From assembly GCA_965235115.1 (NCBI GenBank), contig OZ249440.1, positions 32,304,001 through 32,368,000 of the forward strand: a stretch of 64,000 bases of DNA. Reading direction: 5' to 3'. Both the position numbers and the translations under genes were made by a program. The notes beneath the pieces were generated by a model. That model was given only the letters and a program-made list of their open reading frames with translations, searched no databases and had not been told where the DNA came from. Below, piece by piece: positions 1 to 12,661 of this stretch; position 1 is the stretch's first letter, and the number at the start of each line of letters is the position of its first letter. This DNA is from Laetmonice hystrix. Lineage: Eukaryota.

Positions 1-551
1 TCTAGGCCTATGGGGTAATCAAGACCCTGGTTTTTTTGGTGTTGGTGTAGGGCCTAATGAATCATGTTACCTCATGCAAAGTGCCCCCCCCCCAATATTA
101 TCTGTTCCGCCGCCGCTGACCCCTGAGCCCCCCTCCCCCTTTGAACACCCCCCCCCCCGGAAAATGATTAAGTAATCCGGCCCTGTTCCTGGTGCAGTTA
201 TTTTAATTGTACACGATTATGATTAATCCACTAGAATTCCGGAAAACCATCTCCTGTGATCATTCACTGAAGACAAGAGATGCTCTACTAGGCCTACATT
301 ACCATGAGTCCATGAATCCTGTGTGTTGTTCATCCACTGATTTTAAGATGACGGCAGGAAAAGACCAAGAAAGATGTAATGTAAAAAAGCTTTATTATGA
401 ACAGTAAAAATATTACAAACAAATAAATATGAATAATTATTTATCATTATTATCATCACAGGGAATTTGTGAAAAATACTGTGATAGTCACATAATGTTG
501 TTATGAAACGTGAACAGTACAACAACATTTATGAACATCCTAACACTAGAT

Positions 552-1473
552 TTAATCAGTTGAACGCAAAGATAGTTCCAATAAACCCTTCAATTTTTTC
601 TCACTCCTTAACTTCGTCTTAATCCCGATTTCTTTTAGCTTCTCCTTAACCTCTGTAACAGTCATGTTGTCAATTTGGTTCTCAACAGTCAGTGTTTGTG
701 ACCCTGTTGGAATTTCCAGGCAACTTCTCTGTCGCTTTCTGTAAATTTCGTCTTCCCAATACTCTGATTTTCTTTTCTTATAGGCACGGGCTTCAGTTTT
801 TTTATCAGACAGATGGTTCAGCCTCCAACAGACTCTGAGTATATCAGAGGTTCCGTCTAACCTGTTGCTGTGTTGTTTATGGATTGATTTGAAAGTATCA
901 TTGAGTTTCTCCACTGCCTGACCACTGAACTTTTTCAGGCCACAATGCAACTCGGCCAAATACGGTAAATGGTACACTAAAATGTGCATGTACGGTGTTA
1001 TTCGTGATCTTTCGTATCCCTTTCTTTTGCCCTCTAAACTCAGAAATAGACGTACCCATCTGCTGGCCTTGGAAAATAGCTCAGCTTCTCTAATTTGTTC
1101 TATGGAATCATAACTGCATGAAATAGCCTCATAGACACTTGCAAAATTGGTCCAAATGTCAATAACAGTGTTCAAAGTTTCTGCCTGAAGACAATTACTT
1201 TCTTTCAGTCTAGCTGGTAGTTTTTTCAAGAGTTTTTTTTTTTTCATCGCCTACTAGGCTGGAGAATTCAATTTTTCCAGTGGCCTTCCCACTGGCATCT
1301 CTACTCTCCCATACATTAAAGCTGACACCACATGCCCTTACGGCTTTAACAAGACCATTCAAATGAGAAGTTGGTAATTCAACTAGTTTGGGAATGGCAC
1401 CAAGTTTTTCTTTGGCATCAAAATCCACAGCATCAGTAATAAGATTTTCCATCAATCTATCTGTGATTCTCAG
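552..1473 (-). pseudogene. C-terminal half of a RAG1/Transib-like DDE transposase, with a +1 frameshift in a 12-nt homopolymer (~1233-1244) and a C-terminal SAP/HeH-like helix pair
   Basis: ORFs 1210-1506 and 552-1247 join as LRITDRLMENL...SLVGDEKKKLL...YERSRITPYMHILVYHLP...FSGQAVEKLND. This parallels the RAG1 core motifs MNGNFARKLM / YEGKITNYFHKTLAHVP / WASEGNESGNK. Coding is cut at 1474 by foreign sequence starting TGTTAC. Confidence 0.7.
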
Positions 1474-1692
1474 TGTTACGGGGAACTTCATATACGAACA
1501 CCGCAAGTTCAGTCACTGCCTTTATTCGTCCTTGTGAAGAACCCTGTTACAAGGTTATAATATCGGTGTGAGGCATATAATTCATAGACGACCAGTAGTA
1601 TCATATCCACAGCTGTACCAACATTACATGTAGTATTACCTATGGCTCATTGATATCCGGTTCTAATTACCAGAACGCTTTTAAACATAACA
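1474..1692 (-). mobile_element. LTR-like segment inserted into the RAG1-like gene
   Basis: TGTTA...TAACA ends, AATAAA on the minus strand (~1521), and a start exactly at the ORF breakpoint. No partner LTR or TSD found. Confidence 0.35.
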
Positions 1693-3398
1693 CACAACCA
1701 TTCAACGACTCAAAGTAACTTGTAATTAACAATGCAACATAACAGTAACATTAACTAGCGCCGATGTGGCTAGGGCCAACATCTTGTATCCCATCCCCTG
1801 GCAATGAAAATCATAGATCCATTATCATGTTAGACTACCTCCATGTCATCGATAGGCCCGTGAGTCGAAAGAGATTATATTATTACTTCCTATATGACCT
1901 CAATAATTATTATTGGTCATCTATCAATTACGTCATTGTCACGTAATACGTCACCCTACATCATAGATTTTGGTATCTTTTGAAAGAACATATTCCTATT
2001 ATGGCTTCAATAGTAACGATAGCTCTACTTGGCCCCCTTTCAGAGTTACAGCTGTTTCAATAATATTGGTGATCTATCAACATCAATTTTCATTTTCATT
2101 TCGATTTCCGAGACCCCTCTGCCGAAAACCCTGGGCCCGTGGCTGTATTTTGAGTTAGCCTAACAATAATTCTTGTCAATTCTTCAAAAAGAAAGAGTGG
2201 GGATATATAGAGGGATGTGCCCACGCCGGGCGGCGCCGGGGGATCCTTCAGTGCTAGCACAAGACTACCGCCTGGCAATCATTTTTTTCTTTCCTATAGC
2301 TATTTTTCTTTCCTACAGCTATACTCAGTTCACATTTGTTTTTGGTAGTTGGGAGAATAAGTCAGTAGAGTCGTTTCTTGAGTTTTGAAACAATAATTCC
2401 TGAGGCACACATGTCTTCTTCGACCCATCTAATATACATGTATATGCATCATGCGGTCAATGTCTATATGTTCCTCATCGTCAACTATAGTATCCTTTCT
2501 CTCCTCCTTCTTCCCTAGACTCTCTATTGGTGCCCCTATATATCCCCTCCTTCACGGTTATATAAGGATGGACAATGGTCACTGGCGGGCGGACCGTCAT
2601 TGGCGCGTTGCCCACGGCCAATTATCTGGCCATCCTCTGACCGGCTTCTATGATTGACAGCTACCGCCCCGGCTGGCATGTTATGATGTGTTATATGCGC
2701 TTGTTCAGTGGTGCATAGTGGTTGAAGCCGAGACAAACATACAATAGATAGTATACCACAATAAACCTAAATCTCTGCATACCCTACAACAGGTTAAATG
2801 GATAAAATACCAAATGATATCTTATCACCCTCATAGCATGCTCCCTAATAATATTCGAGGCCCAGGGAGGAGTCTCACTTATGGTAGATCCGCAGGATCC
2901 TGCAAGGACAGCAGATGCGAATGTCATCCACACTAGACTGTTGGCTCAGGCTGAAACCAAGTGCAGCTGACCAAAAGTTTGTCGTGTCACTTGAACTCCA
3001 CAGCCAACAATCAATTGTACATGTATTAGCAGCAGTTACGTAACGCTGCCAACACCGGGCAGGGAGAGGCGGCCGGCCATGCCCAGCCGGTGGTTTGTGT
3101 ATTCAGAGATGCCACTAAACAATCAGTGGTATACCTGAATCTATAGACTTTGTAATTGTGTATTATTGTGTATGTGGCTATTTTAAACACGTTTCAAGGT
3201 AGAGCCTGTCAAAAGTCAGATTACATATTTCATCATAAATTAAAAATTATTGGTAAATTTATGAAAAGAATTATGCAAAGTGATCAATCGTCAATATTAG
3301 CACATATCTAATGACCAAATACACGATTCCTAAATGCCTCAAGTGACATTAGCCTAACTGTTAACAGTGCAGACCTATGCGGCTATGAATGGCCATAA

Positions 3399-5545
3399 CC
3401 CAGTCAAGAATATGATCTCACAGTGATTTCATAACGATCTCACAGATGATATCACCGTATGAGATGTTTCTCATATCGCTATGATATCAATTTTAAATCA
3501 CATATTGATCTCACTGTGATCTCACCATTTGATCTCTCACTATGAGACCATTTTGACATCTCTCTGACATAGCAGTACCAATATATTGGGCTTTCCTTAG
3601 AAGAATACGATCTCACAGCAATCTCATAGCGATCTAACCATGATCTCAATTTCTTCTCACACTGTGAGATCATTTGGACATCTCTCTGACATAACAGTAC
3701 CAATATATTTTTGAAATGACGTTGTTGCACCACCTTCCTGGGTTCCCACAGGGACACTCTGAAAAAAATCCTGGCTTAGGCAGTTCTAACCATTGCGTCG
3801 GCATGCTATAGTATCTCCTGTGCCAGTTAAGCACTGACGCTTAACACCCATACCCCCCGCCCTCACTATTGATTTTTCCCGCCGGAAATTCAAATTGGTG
3901 TTTTTTTAAATCAAAATATCATCTCTACGTCCCTATATCATGTTCTTTTCACAATCAACGAAAAAATGAAGCGTAATTTACACAATGAATAGCTGTTTTT
4001 GGATAACATGTGAATTATTTGAAGTCGCTAGAAGTTCACCTATAGACTGTGTTTCGGACAGTCTAGTCAATCTCGATGATAACAGCGCCACCACCCGAGA
4101 TTTACATGATATCAAGGTGATGTCGGTGTTACGCGCCATCTGTGAATCTGACCCATTTGCAAATGGGTCTGACCCAATAATGAATTCACAGATGGGTTGC
4201 CCATTTGCAAATGGGCAACCCATCTGTGAATTCATTATTGGGTCAGACCCATTTGCAAATGGGTCAGATTGACAACCCATCTGTGAATCTAACCCATCTA
4301 TCAATCTTGATCTTTCTTAAATGGGCGATATAATTCATTATTGGGTCAGACCCGTTTGCAAATGGGTCAGATCTGTGAATCTGACCCATCTATCAATCTT
4401 GATCTTTCTGAAATGGGCGATATAATTCATTATTGGGTCAGACCCGTTTGCAAATGGGTCAGATCTGTGAATCTGACCCATCTATCAATCTCGTTTGTTC
4501 ATGAAGGAGTAAAAGTTTTAATAGCAACTAATGCAATGTGTGCCCCTGACTGCATGGATGACTTGGCTTGGTAAGACATTCGACTGGCTACAAATAATGG
4601 TATGGGCATCATTTAAAACGGGAATTAGGTTCCGATCAAGAAGATTCCTCAATTTCAAATCTGCAGCTATATCCGTAATATCCATCTGTCAATCTTGATC
4701 TATCTGAAATGGGTGAATGAAATAGAGTCTGGGGTTTCGATGTTTCATTAACTCCCCTCCCCCTTTAAAGAGCCACTTTAACTCATGTGCAAACTGAGAC
4801 AAAATGTGACACGTGCGACAGCCGCCTGTTGCCGCCAACAACGGCAATTCTGCTAGGGCCTATAATATGATAGTTTAGCTAGTGATGCGTACCAAACCTT
4901 GAAAAACCCATGTTTTTTTAAACAATCCATCACAAGCATACGTTTTGACATGTGGTCGGATAGCGGGAAAGAGACTCACTCTATGAGCACGTGGAAATGA
5001 ATGGGCAATAAAGAATAAATAACGTTTTGAACTTGCAACTTATTTGTTCTGTATACCTCTTCTGCATTGTCGAGTCATTCATTATCGGGTCAGACCCATT
5101 TGTAAATGGGACACACTTTGCCACGTTTTGGCATTCACAGATGGGTTGCCCATTTGCAAATGGGCAACCCATCTGTGAATTCATTATTGGGTCAGACCCA
5201 TTTGCAAATGGGTCAGATTCACAGATGGCGCGTAACATCGGAATTTTATAACATGCTGACATCAGAAAGATCTCAATATTTGTTTTCCCATAGTAATATC
5301 ATTATGGAATTGCTGTGAGATTAATGTGTGATCTCACCAGCTCACATGTATGTGATATCAGGGTGATGTCGGAATTATATCTAATTCTGACCTCATGAGA
5401 TCATACTGACATCATAATGATCTCAGGTCTGTGAGGTCACAGCTCTGATGTCAATACGAGCTCACCATGAGATCGCACTTGCGACCTCATAACTGTGAGG
5501 AGAAAGTGACCTCACTGTGATCTAAGCGTTCACTTCCTGACTGGG
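3399..5545. mobile_element. Non-autonomous CACTA/EnSpm-like DNA transposon (copy 1)
   Basis: TIRs CCCAGTCAAGAA / TTCCTGACTGGG, 2-bp AA flanks, and dense subterminal TGAGAT/ATCTCA repeats. Confidence 0.6.
4127..5237. mobile_element. Ginger-like MITE with long palindrome-rich TIRs
   Basis: TIR TGTTACGCGCCATCTGTGAATCTGACCCATTTGCAAATGGG... (>100 bp) at both ends and 4-bp TSD TCGG. The paralogous empty site with a single TCGG is at ~12927. Confidence 0.8.
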
Positions 5546-8109
5546 AAGGGTTTACCTCTAGGCCTATGGCAAATTGTCACTTTGTGTATTCTGAATACAC
5601 AATCACATTCCTCTAACCTGACCCTGACTGGGAGGGAGGGTGGGGGGTAGTCACAACCCACCGCGCGGACGACCGCCCTTATCACCAGCACTTACGTAAC
5701 CCTCTGCGGACCCTGGGCCTGCCCCCACAGCGGGCATTCTGTATATTCAGAGATGCCAACCGTCAGTGTAAAAATATTGTCTTTATCCATTAAAACTTAC
5801 AATTCTGGCCAGATTACCTTTCCCAAAAAAGAACTAAACAGTCAGTGGTATACTTGAATCTATAGACTTTGTAATTGTTGTATTTGTATGTGACTATCTT
5901 AAACACGTTTCAAGGTAGAGCCTGTCAAAGCCAGATTACAGACATTTCATCATAAATTAAAAATTATTGGTAAATTTATGAAAAGAATTATGTAAAGTGA
6001 TCAATCGTCAATGCCAGCACATATCTAATTACCAAATACACGATTCCTAAATGACTGAAGCCGTTTTAGAAAAAAATGTCAAAAGTGACAAACTTCAAAG
6101 TCACGTGGTTCAGCGAAAATAGGTCAAATTACTTATTCCCTGCTCACACAAATAAATCTAACCACAGAAGGTCTATCCACCAAAAATTATCATATTTTCT
6201 CAAAAAATGGCGGAGGTGATATGATTTGAGCACTTTCGGACATGTGACCTACTTTTCCATGACATCAAAGGTCAAAGGTCAAAATAATGAATATTAGTAA
6301 AAAGGGTCTATGCCCGATTATAAGGCTATGAAAAGTTTTGGGAAACTATGGATTATGACTTCAAGAAATGCCTATAAGTTTAAAATGCAAAATACGTCAT
6401 GACGTCATGACGTGACGTCGTATGACGTAATAATTATAGAGGTCGATTCTCTCTACCATGGCGAATGTCCCTGCCCTACCTCCATGTCATCGATAGGCCC
6501 GTAGATCGAAAGAGCATATATTATTACTTCCGATATGACCTCAATAATTAATATTGGTCATCTACCAATGACACGTAATACGTCACCCTACATAATAGAT
6601 TTTGGTATCTTTTGAAAGAACATGTTCCTATTATAGCTTCAATAGTAGCCATAGCTCTACCTGGCCCCCTTTCAGAGTTATAGCTGTTTCAATAGGCCTA
6701 ATATTGGTGATCTATCAACATCGATTTTCATTTTCATTTCGATTTTGGAGACCCCACTGCTGAAAATCCTGGGCCCGTGGCTGTATTTTGAGTTAGCCTA
6801 GCAATAATTTTTGTCAATTCTTCAAAAAGAAAGACTGGGGATATATAGAGGGAGGTGCCCACGCCAGGCGGCGCCAGGCAGGCCCTTCAGTGCTAGCGCA
6901 ACACTACCGCCCGACAATCAATTTTTTCTTTCCTACTATTTCTACTTTCCTACAGCTATATTCTCACTGTGATCTCACCATTTGATCTCTCACTGTGAGA
7001 TCATTTTGACATCTCTCTGACATAAAACAGTACCAATATATTGGGCTTTCCTTAGAAGAATACGATCTTACAGCAATCCCATAGCGATCTAACCATGATC
7101 TCAATTTCTTCTAACACTGTGAGATCATTTTGACATCTCTCTGACATAACAGTACCAATATATTTTTGAAATGACGTTGTCGCACCACCTTCCTGGGTTC
7201 CCACAGAGACATTCTAGAAAAAAATCCTGGCTTAGGCAGTTCTAACCATTGTGTGGGCACGCTGTGGTATCCCCTGTGCCAATTAAGCGCTGAAGCTTAA
7301 CACCCATACCCCCGTCCTCACTATTGATGTTTCCCGTCGGAAATTCAAATTGGTGTTTTCTATACTGGGTTGTTTAAAAACAAAATATCATCTCTACGTC
7401 GCTATATTGCAGGGGCGTAGGAAAGGGGGGGGGGCCAGGGGGGCCATGGCCCCCCCACTTTGAAATGAGGGGGGGGCCATAATATCTTTTGGCCCCCCCA
7501 CTTTTGACCTGCAGGGAAAATATACATGTTGATAGTAGGCCTATAAATGCTATGGCGATGTTTGATAGATCTATGGGCCGACATAGGCTTAGGCCTATCC
7601 CAGTCCAAATGAGCCCAAATACATTCAATAAATTCTGTCCCATGGCTAGGCCTACAGCTAAGTGAATAAACTTGTTGTCTTCCCTGCCAGCTCTTTTGCA
7701 TAGTGCTGACACCTGTTGGCTAGGTTGAGAACCTAATAGCCATTACAACGTTAAAACGATGCTAACTTTTGCCATCAGCATCATGACATTGTACGTCAGG
7801 CCACAGATTACCATGCCATGTGCTTCGCGCATCCGTGACGCGTAAAAATGTCCAGAAACAGAACATTACACCAGTTCTTCGCACCAAAACAAAAGAGGTA
7901 TGACTATAAATGTACAGCAGTAGCCTATTAATGTCTCGAGTGTCTTGATGAGTCAGTAACAAGGTTGAATGTCCACGTAGATCTACTGACGTAGTACTAC
8001 TACTAAGTTTTAGTACTTGACTCAACTCGAGTCAACCCAAGCCAAGGTCAAGGAAACTTGTGTGTGTAGTCTAACATTAGACCCATATTATCATACACAA
8101 ATTTTTGTG

Positions 8110-8386
8110 CAGAGCTTCCGCTACATAGTGCATTTCCCGCATTTTTTTTTTAAATCCCGCACATTTTTTCAGATGTAGGGGGACCTGTCCTGCATGTCTG
8201 CCAAAATCGCTACCAAAAATTGAAGTAATTTCTGTGCAAATGAAGACGATTTTTGTTGATGTTGGGACCTTGCCTGTGTTGTGTATGTCATGGGTGCAGC
8301 CCCCGCCCAAAACGCACTGATCCCAACTAGAAAATTATGGCAGGGGGGAATTTTCTCCCTGTTTTAGAGCTCTGGCGGAAGCTCTG
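8110..8386. mobile_element. hAT-like MITE
   Basis: TIRs CAGAGCTTCCGC / GCGGAAGCTCTG. TSD unclear. Confidence 0.55.
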
Positions 8387-8829
8387 ACTTGTGTATACAT
8401 GGTAATCTGTGCGTTAGCTCTAACTCACTGTCCAGAGTGGTCAACTGGTCCTTCTTAATGGCACTACTACCAAGGATACTCAATAAGTCCCTACGTCTGT
8501 GATTCTTCGAACATCAAAGGATTAAGCTTAATGTGAATTGGATTGCTTTTTTTTTCTATTTATATAGTTTGGGTTATGATGACCCAGTCACAGAAGTTTC
8601 AAGAGATGATCCTGATACTGAGGTTGGAATGCATTATGATGTCTAAAAGTTCATAATTGTTAAGTGTTTTGAATTAACATGGGAGTAAGTTCTAATATGT
8701 AACACTGATACGACACCTACCTATTTTTATGGTGAGACCAAAATTTAATTGCATGAAAGAGACTAAATTTACCAATTTTTGTGTCAATTTCAACACTTAT
8801 TTCCTTAGTTAACCAAAAGCAACCTTAAT

Positions 8830-9219
8830 CAGGGTTCGCAGACTCCTGGAAACTCCTGGAAAATCAAAAATCCGTTTTCCAGTACTGGAAAGTCCTGGAA
8901 AACCATCCAGACTCCTGGAAACTCCTAGAAAAATCATAAAATGCTTTGGTTTTTAAAATTGACTCTTGGATTAAAGTTTAAATAATCGTCAGTTTTAATT
9001 TTTTTTAAACAGGTAATGTTAACTAGTTTTCAAATTTTTAAGTGTTTTGTTTTGGAGATGCAGCAAAGGCGATAAAAAGATTAACAACATATACTTGGGT
9101 TCAGTTTTGCTCTTTATCGCATTTAAAAATCACCGAAAAGTGATATTATTAGAATTTAAGTCCTGGAAAACTGCGATTTTATCCTGGTATTTTCGTTTCC
9201 TCTAACTCTACGAACCCTG
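8830..9219. mobile_element. hAT-like MITE with 5-bp TSD
   Basis: TIRs CAGGGTTCG / CGAACCCTG, TSD TTAAT, and subterminal TCCTGGAAA repeats. Confidence 0.75.
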
Positions 9220-9834
9220 TTAATAGAAGTTCTTACAGTCTTTGCCACAGGCAGCAGACATTCATTCAACTTTCATTGTATAATTTACAGAAGTAGCAAG
9301 AAGCCTTGATATCTAACTGATATTTTTGCTATTCTGTTGTCCCATTTTCCATGTTGATCCTGTTTAATTTTCTCACCCCATATGAGGTAATCATCATTAC
9401 CTTATATGGGAAATCATCATCATTGGTCTGTATTTAGACAGCCATAGCTTGCTGTTCGTTATTTGTGTTTGGATTTAGAGTAGTACTTAAGGAAAGAATT
9501 ATTTTTATGACACAGTCTTGAATGTTTAACGACCTTTGTACCATATATGGCAGTACGCAGTGATCTTTGTAGCTATTTACAGCAGATAAATATAATTATG
9601 GTGAATATACTGTTTTTCATACCTAGGAGTTTGAGTATAACATACTGCTATTCTTAGAAGCAAAATGGAGATGTAATTCTTTCTAACCATTCAACCCCTG
9701 AGCGGATATATCATTAAATCAATTCACAAAACAATCTATATGTGATTTATGGTAAATCATGTACAAATCAACAAACACAATTTGGAACCTAATTCTGAAG
9801 TTCAGAACATCTGTGTTGTTTACAGTATGAAAGC

Positions 9835-12114
9835 ATGGACCCAAAGGATTCAACAAGTACTGCCGATGCCATGCAAACAGAAAACTCTGGTTCACAGAAT
9901 GTCAAAGGATCTGACATTCCAAAATGCTTGCATATTTGCTGTGGAAATACAACAAAAGGGCCATTTCATCCAGAGGATAAAAGTATTCTGAAAGCATCAG
10001 CAAAGGAGTATAAGTCTGGAGCTAAAATGAGGCCACGCACGGTCCAAGAGATATGGTTCCGAAATCATCCCTGGCTGACATATTGTATAACACAACAGAA
10101 GTTGTTTTGTTATTATTGTTGCAAAGCCCAGGGATGTGAGTTGAAGATGTCATTTTCCAAAAACTGGGATCCTGCTTTCATTTCTGCTGGATTCGATAAC
10201 TGGAAAAAAGCCGTAGAAAAATTCAACGCCCATCAATTTAGCCATGCACATAAGGAGGCCATTTTGAAGATAGAATCATTCCAACAAGAATCTGTGGAAA
10301 ACCTCTTACATACACAGAATAAAAACCAACAGGAAAGGCATTAAGGGGGTCTGTTGGTTCAACTGTCTTCATTAAGATTTTTGCTCCGCCAGGGCCTTGC
10401 TACCAGAGGTCATGATGATTCAGATGGAAACCTAAAGCAATTACTACATGAGAGGAGTGTTGGCAATGATCAAGTAAAGGCCTGGATCAAAGAAAACAAG
10501 TACATGGCACCGGATATCATCAATGAACAGATCACCCTCTTTGGAAATGAGGTACTTAGAGCGCTGCTCAAAGATATCCATCGAGACTGCAAATGGTATG
10601 CAGTCATCGCAGATGAAACCACTGACATAAATTGCCGTGAAGAACTGAACATTTGCATCCGTTGGGTTGACCAAAACTTGGAAATCCATGAAAGCCCTTT
10701 AGGATTTATAGAACTTGAATCAATAACAAGTGATGCCATAACTGGGGGAATTAAAGATGTGTTGACCCGTTGCCAGTTTCAGATAGAGAATTGCAGAGGT
10801 CAAGGTTACGATGGGGCCAGTAACATGCAAGGCCGACTGAAAGGTGTAGCAACACAGATAGAAAATGAGCAAGCATCTGCTGTGAGAGTCCACTGTTTAG
10901 GCCACTGTACCAACCTTGTTCTCCAGGATGCAGCCAAGAAACTGGTGGTTATAAGAGATGCCTTAGACACAGCTACTGAAGTGATAAAGCTCATTCGGTA
11001 TTCCCCTAAGCGAAGTCGACTTTTTGAAAGACTACAGAAGGAAAAAATGATTGATGACAGTTCATACACACCGAGTAATATCAGGCCACTTTGCCCAACA
11101 AGATGGACTGTTCGGACTGGAGCTTTTGACGCTATACTATCAAACTATGGAGTCCTGATGGAAACTCTTCAAACGATAAATGAGACCTGCCATGACGAAT
11201 ATGGCAGAGTAGCAGGAGGACTATATACCCAGATGTCAAAGTTTTCTACATTCTTCGGATTCAACCTTGCAAGGCTGATCTTTTCTCCATCTGAGCAACT
11301 GTCATTGGCACTTCAGGGAGTCGATACAAATATTGAGGAAGCAAGAAAAGCTGCCAGGCAAACTGCATCCTATTACAGGTCACTGAGAGAGGAAAAGAAA
11401 TTTGATGAATTCTATACTATGGTTATGGCTAAAGCAGACAAATTTGAATGTATTGAGGAACCAGTGCTGAAGCGTCACAAAAAAGTACCACGTCGGTTTG
11501 ATGAGGGCCATGAGCCACACAGGTTCCCTTCCCCCAAAGATCAGTTGCGACATCATTACATTGAAGTGTTGGAACTTTTGGCAACACAAATAGAAGAACG
11601 GTTTGATCAAAAGGGGATGAAACTAGCTGAGAAAATGGAAGAAGTTCTGCGGAATGCAGCAAATAATCAGACATTTCAGCTGGATGAAATTGTGAGTGAC
11701 ACCTATGGGAAGGACATCGACTTGCCCCTCCTCAATCACCAGCTCTCCATGCTGCCAGTCTTGATAGAGGAGGCGCAGGTGAAGGAGGTGACTTCCATGC
11801 GCACAATAGCTTCAGCCATATCTACAGCCTCAAAAACGGTCAGAACACTCTACTCTGAAGTAGAAAAACTTGTGAAACTGTACTTGACAATTCCAGTTAC
11901 CTCTGCAACCTCAGAACGATCTCACAGTACTTTGCGAAGAATAAAAACATATCTCAGGTCAAGCAGTACTCAGGAGCGGATGAACAATACGATTCTTTGC
12001 CATGCCCTTCAAAATTATCTAGATGAGCTTGATCTGTCATATATTGCTGAATTGTTTGTCTCGAGGAATGAGCAACGTAGGAAATATTTTGGCAAAATTG
12101 CTTCAAATAAATAA
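9835..12114 (+). pseudogene. hAT transposase (ZMYM1/Tip100-like, TTF-type Zn finger, DDE core, C-terminal dimerisation domain) with one premature stop
   Basis: ORFs 9835-10344 and 10354-12114 are in the same frame, separated by TAA at 10342-10344. Motifs: WFRNHPWL..CYYC..H..H, IADETTD, GQGYDGASNM, VHCLGH, CPTRW, PVTSATSERSHSTLRRIKTYLRS. Confidence 0.9.
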
Positions 12115-12378
12115 TATGAGATTGAAAACATGGAAATGAGTACAGGTAGCTTTTTCTTGTGTGTTATTATAGCTTTATTATAGAGTTCCCCTTTAAGTGA
12201 ACCTGTGTGATGGTTTTCATTTCACTTCATGTGTTTTACCCCATATGATGCGTTCTCTTCCTTGTTTAAGGGTGAAAGCACAGTAAACGTCCCAATTGGA
12301 TTTTTGCATGGTGAAAGTAAATTTAGGATCTCAATCTTTCATTTTAGGTAATAATAAATAAATAAATAAAATCCCAAC

Positions 12379-12661
12379 TTATGTATTTAACATGAAGTAA
12401 TAGTCATATAAGGAAAAGTGTTTTTTAATACAATTCTTATGATAAGGCAATAATAGAGTATGTATTATAAGTATTATGAGTTATGTATTTAACATGAAGT
12501 AATAGTCATATAAGGAAAAGTGTTTTTTAATACAATTCTTATGATAAGGCAATAATAGAGTATGTATTATAAGTATTATGAGTTATGTCTTTAACATGAA
12601 GTAATAGTCATATAAGGAAAAGTGTTTTTTAATACAATTCTTATGATAAGGCAATAATAAA
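12379..12661. repeat. Tandem repeat, 102-bp unit x ~2.8, in the hAT 3' region
   Basis: TTATGT(A/C)TTTAACATGAAGTAATAGTC recurs at 12379, 12481 and 12583. Confidence 0.9.

Noticed and set aside
3978..5318. Mirror-image ORFs on both strands
   Set aside because: Translation of palindromic TIRs.
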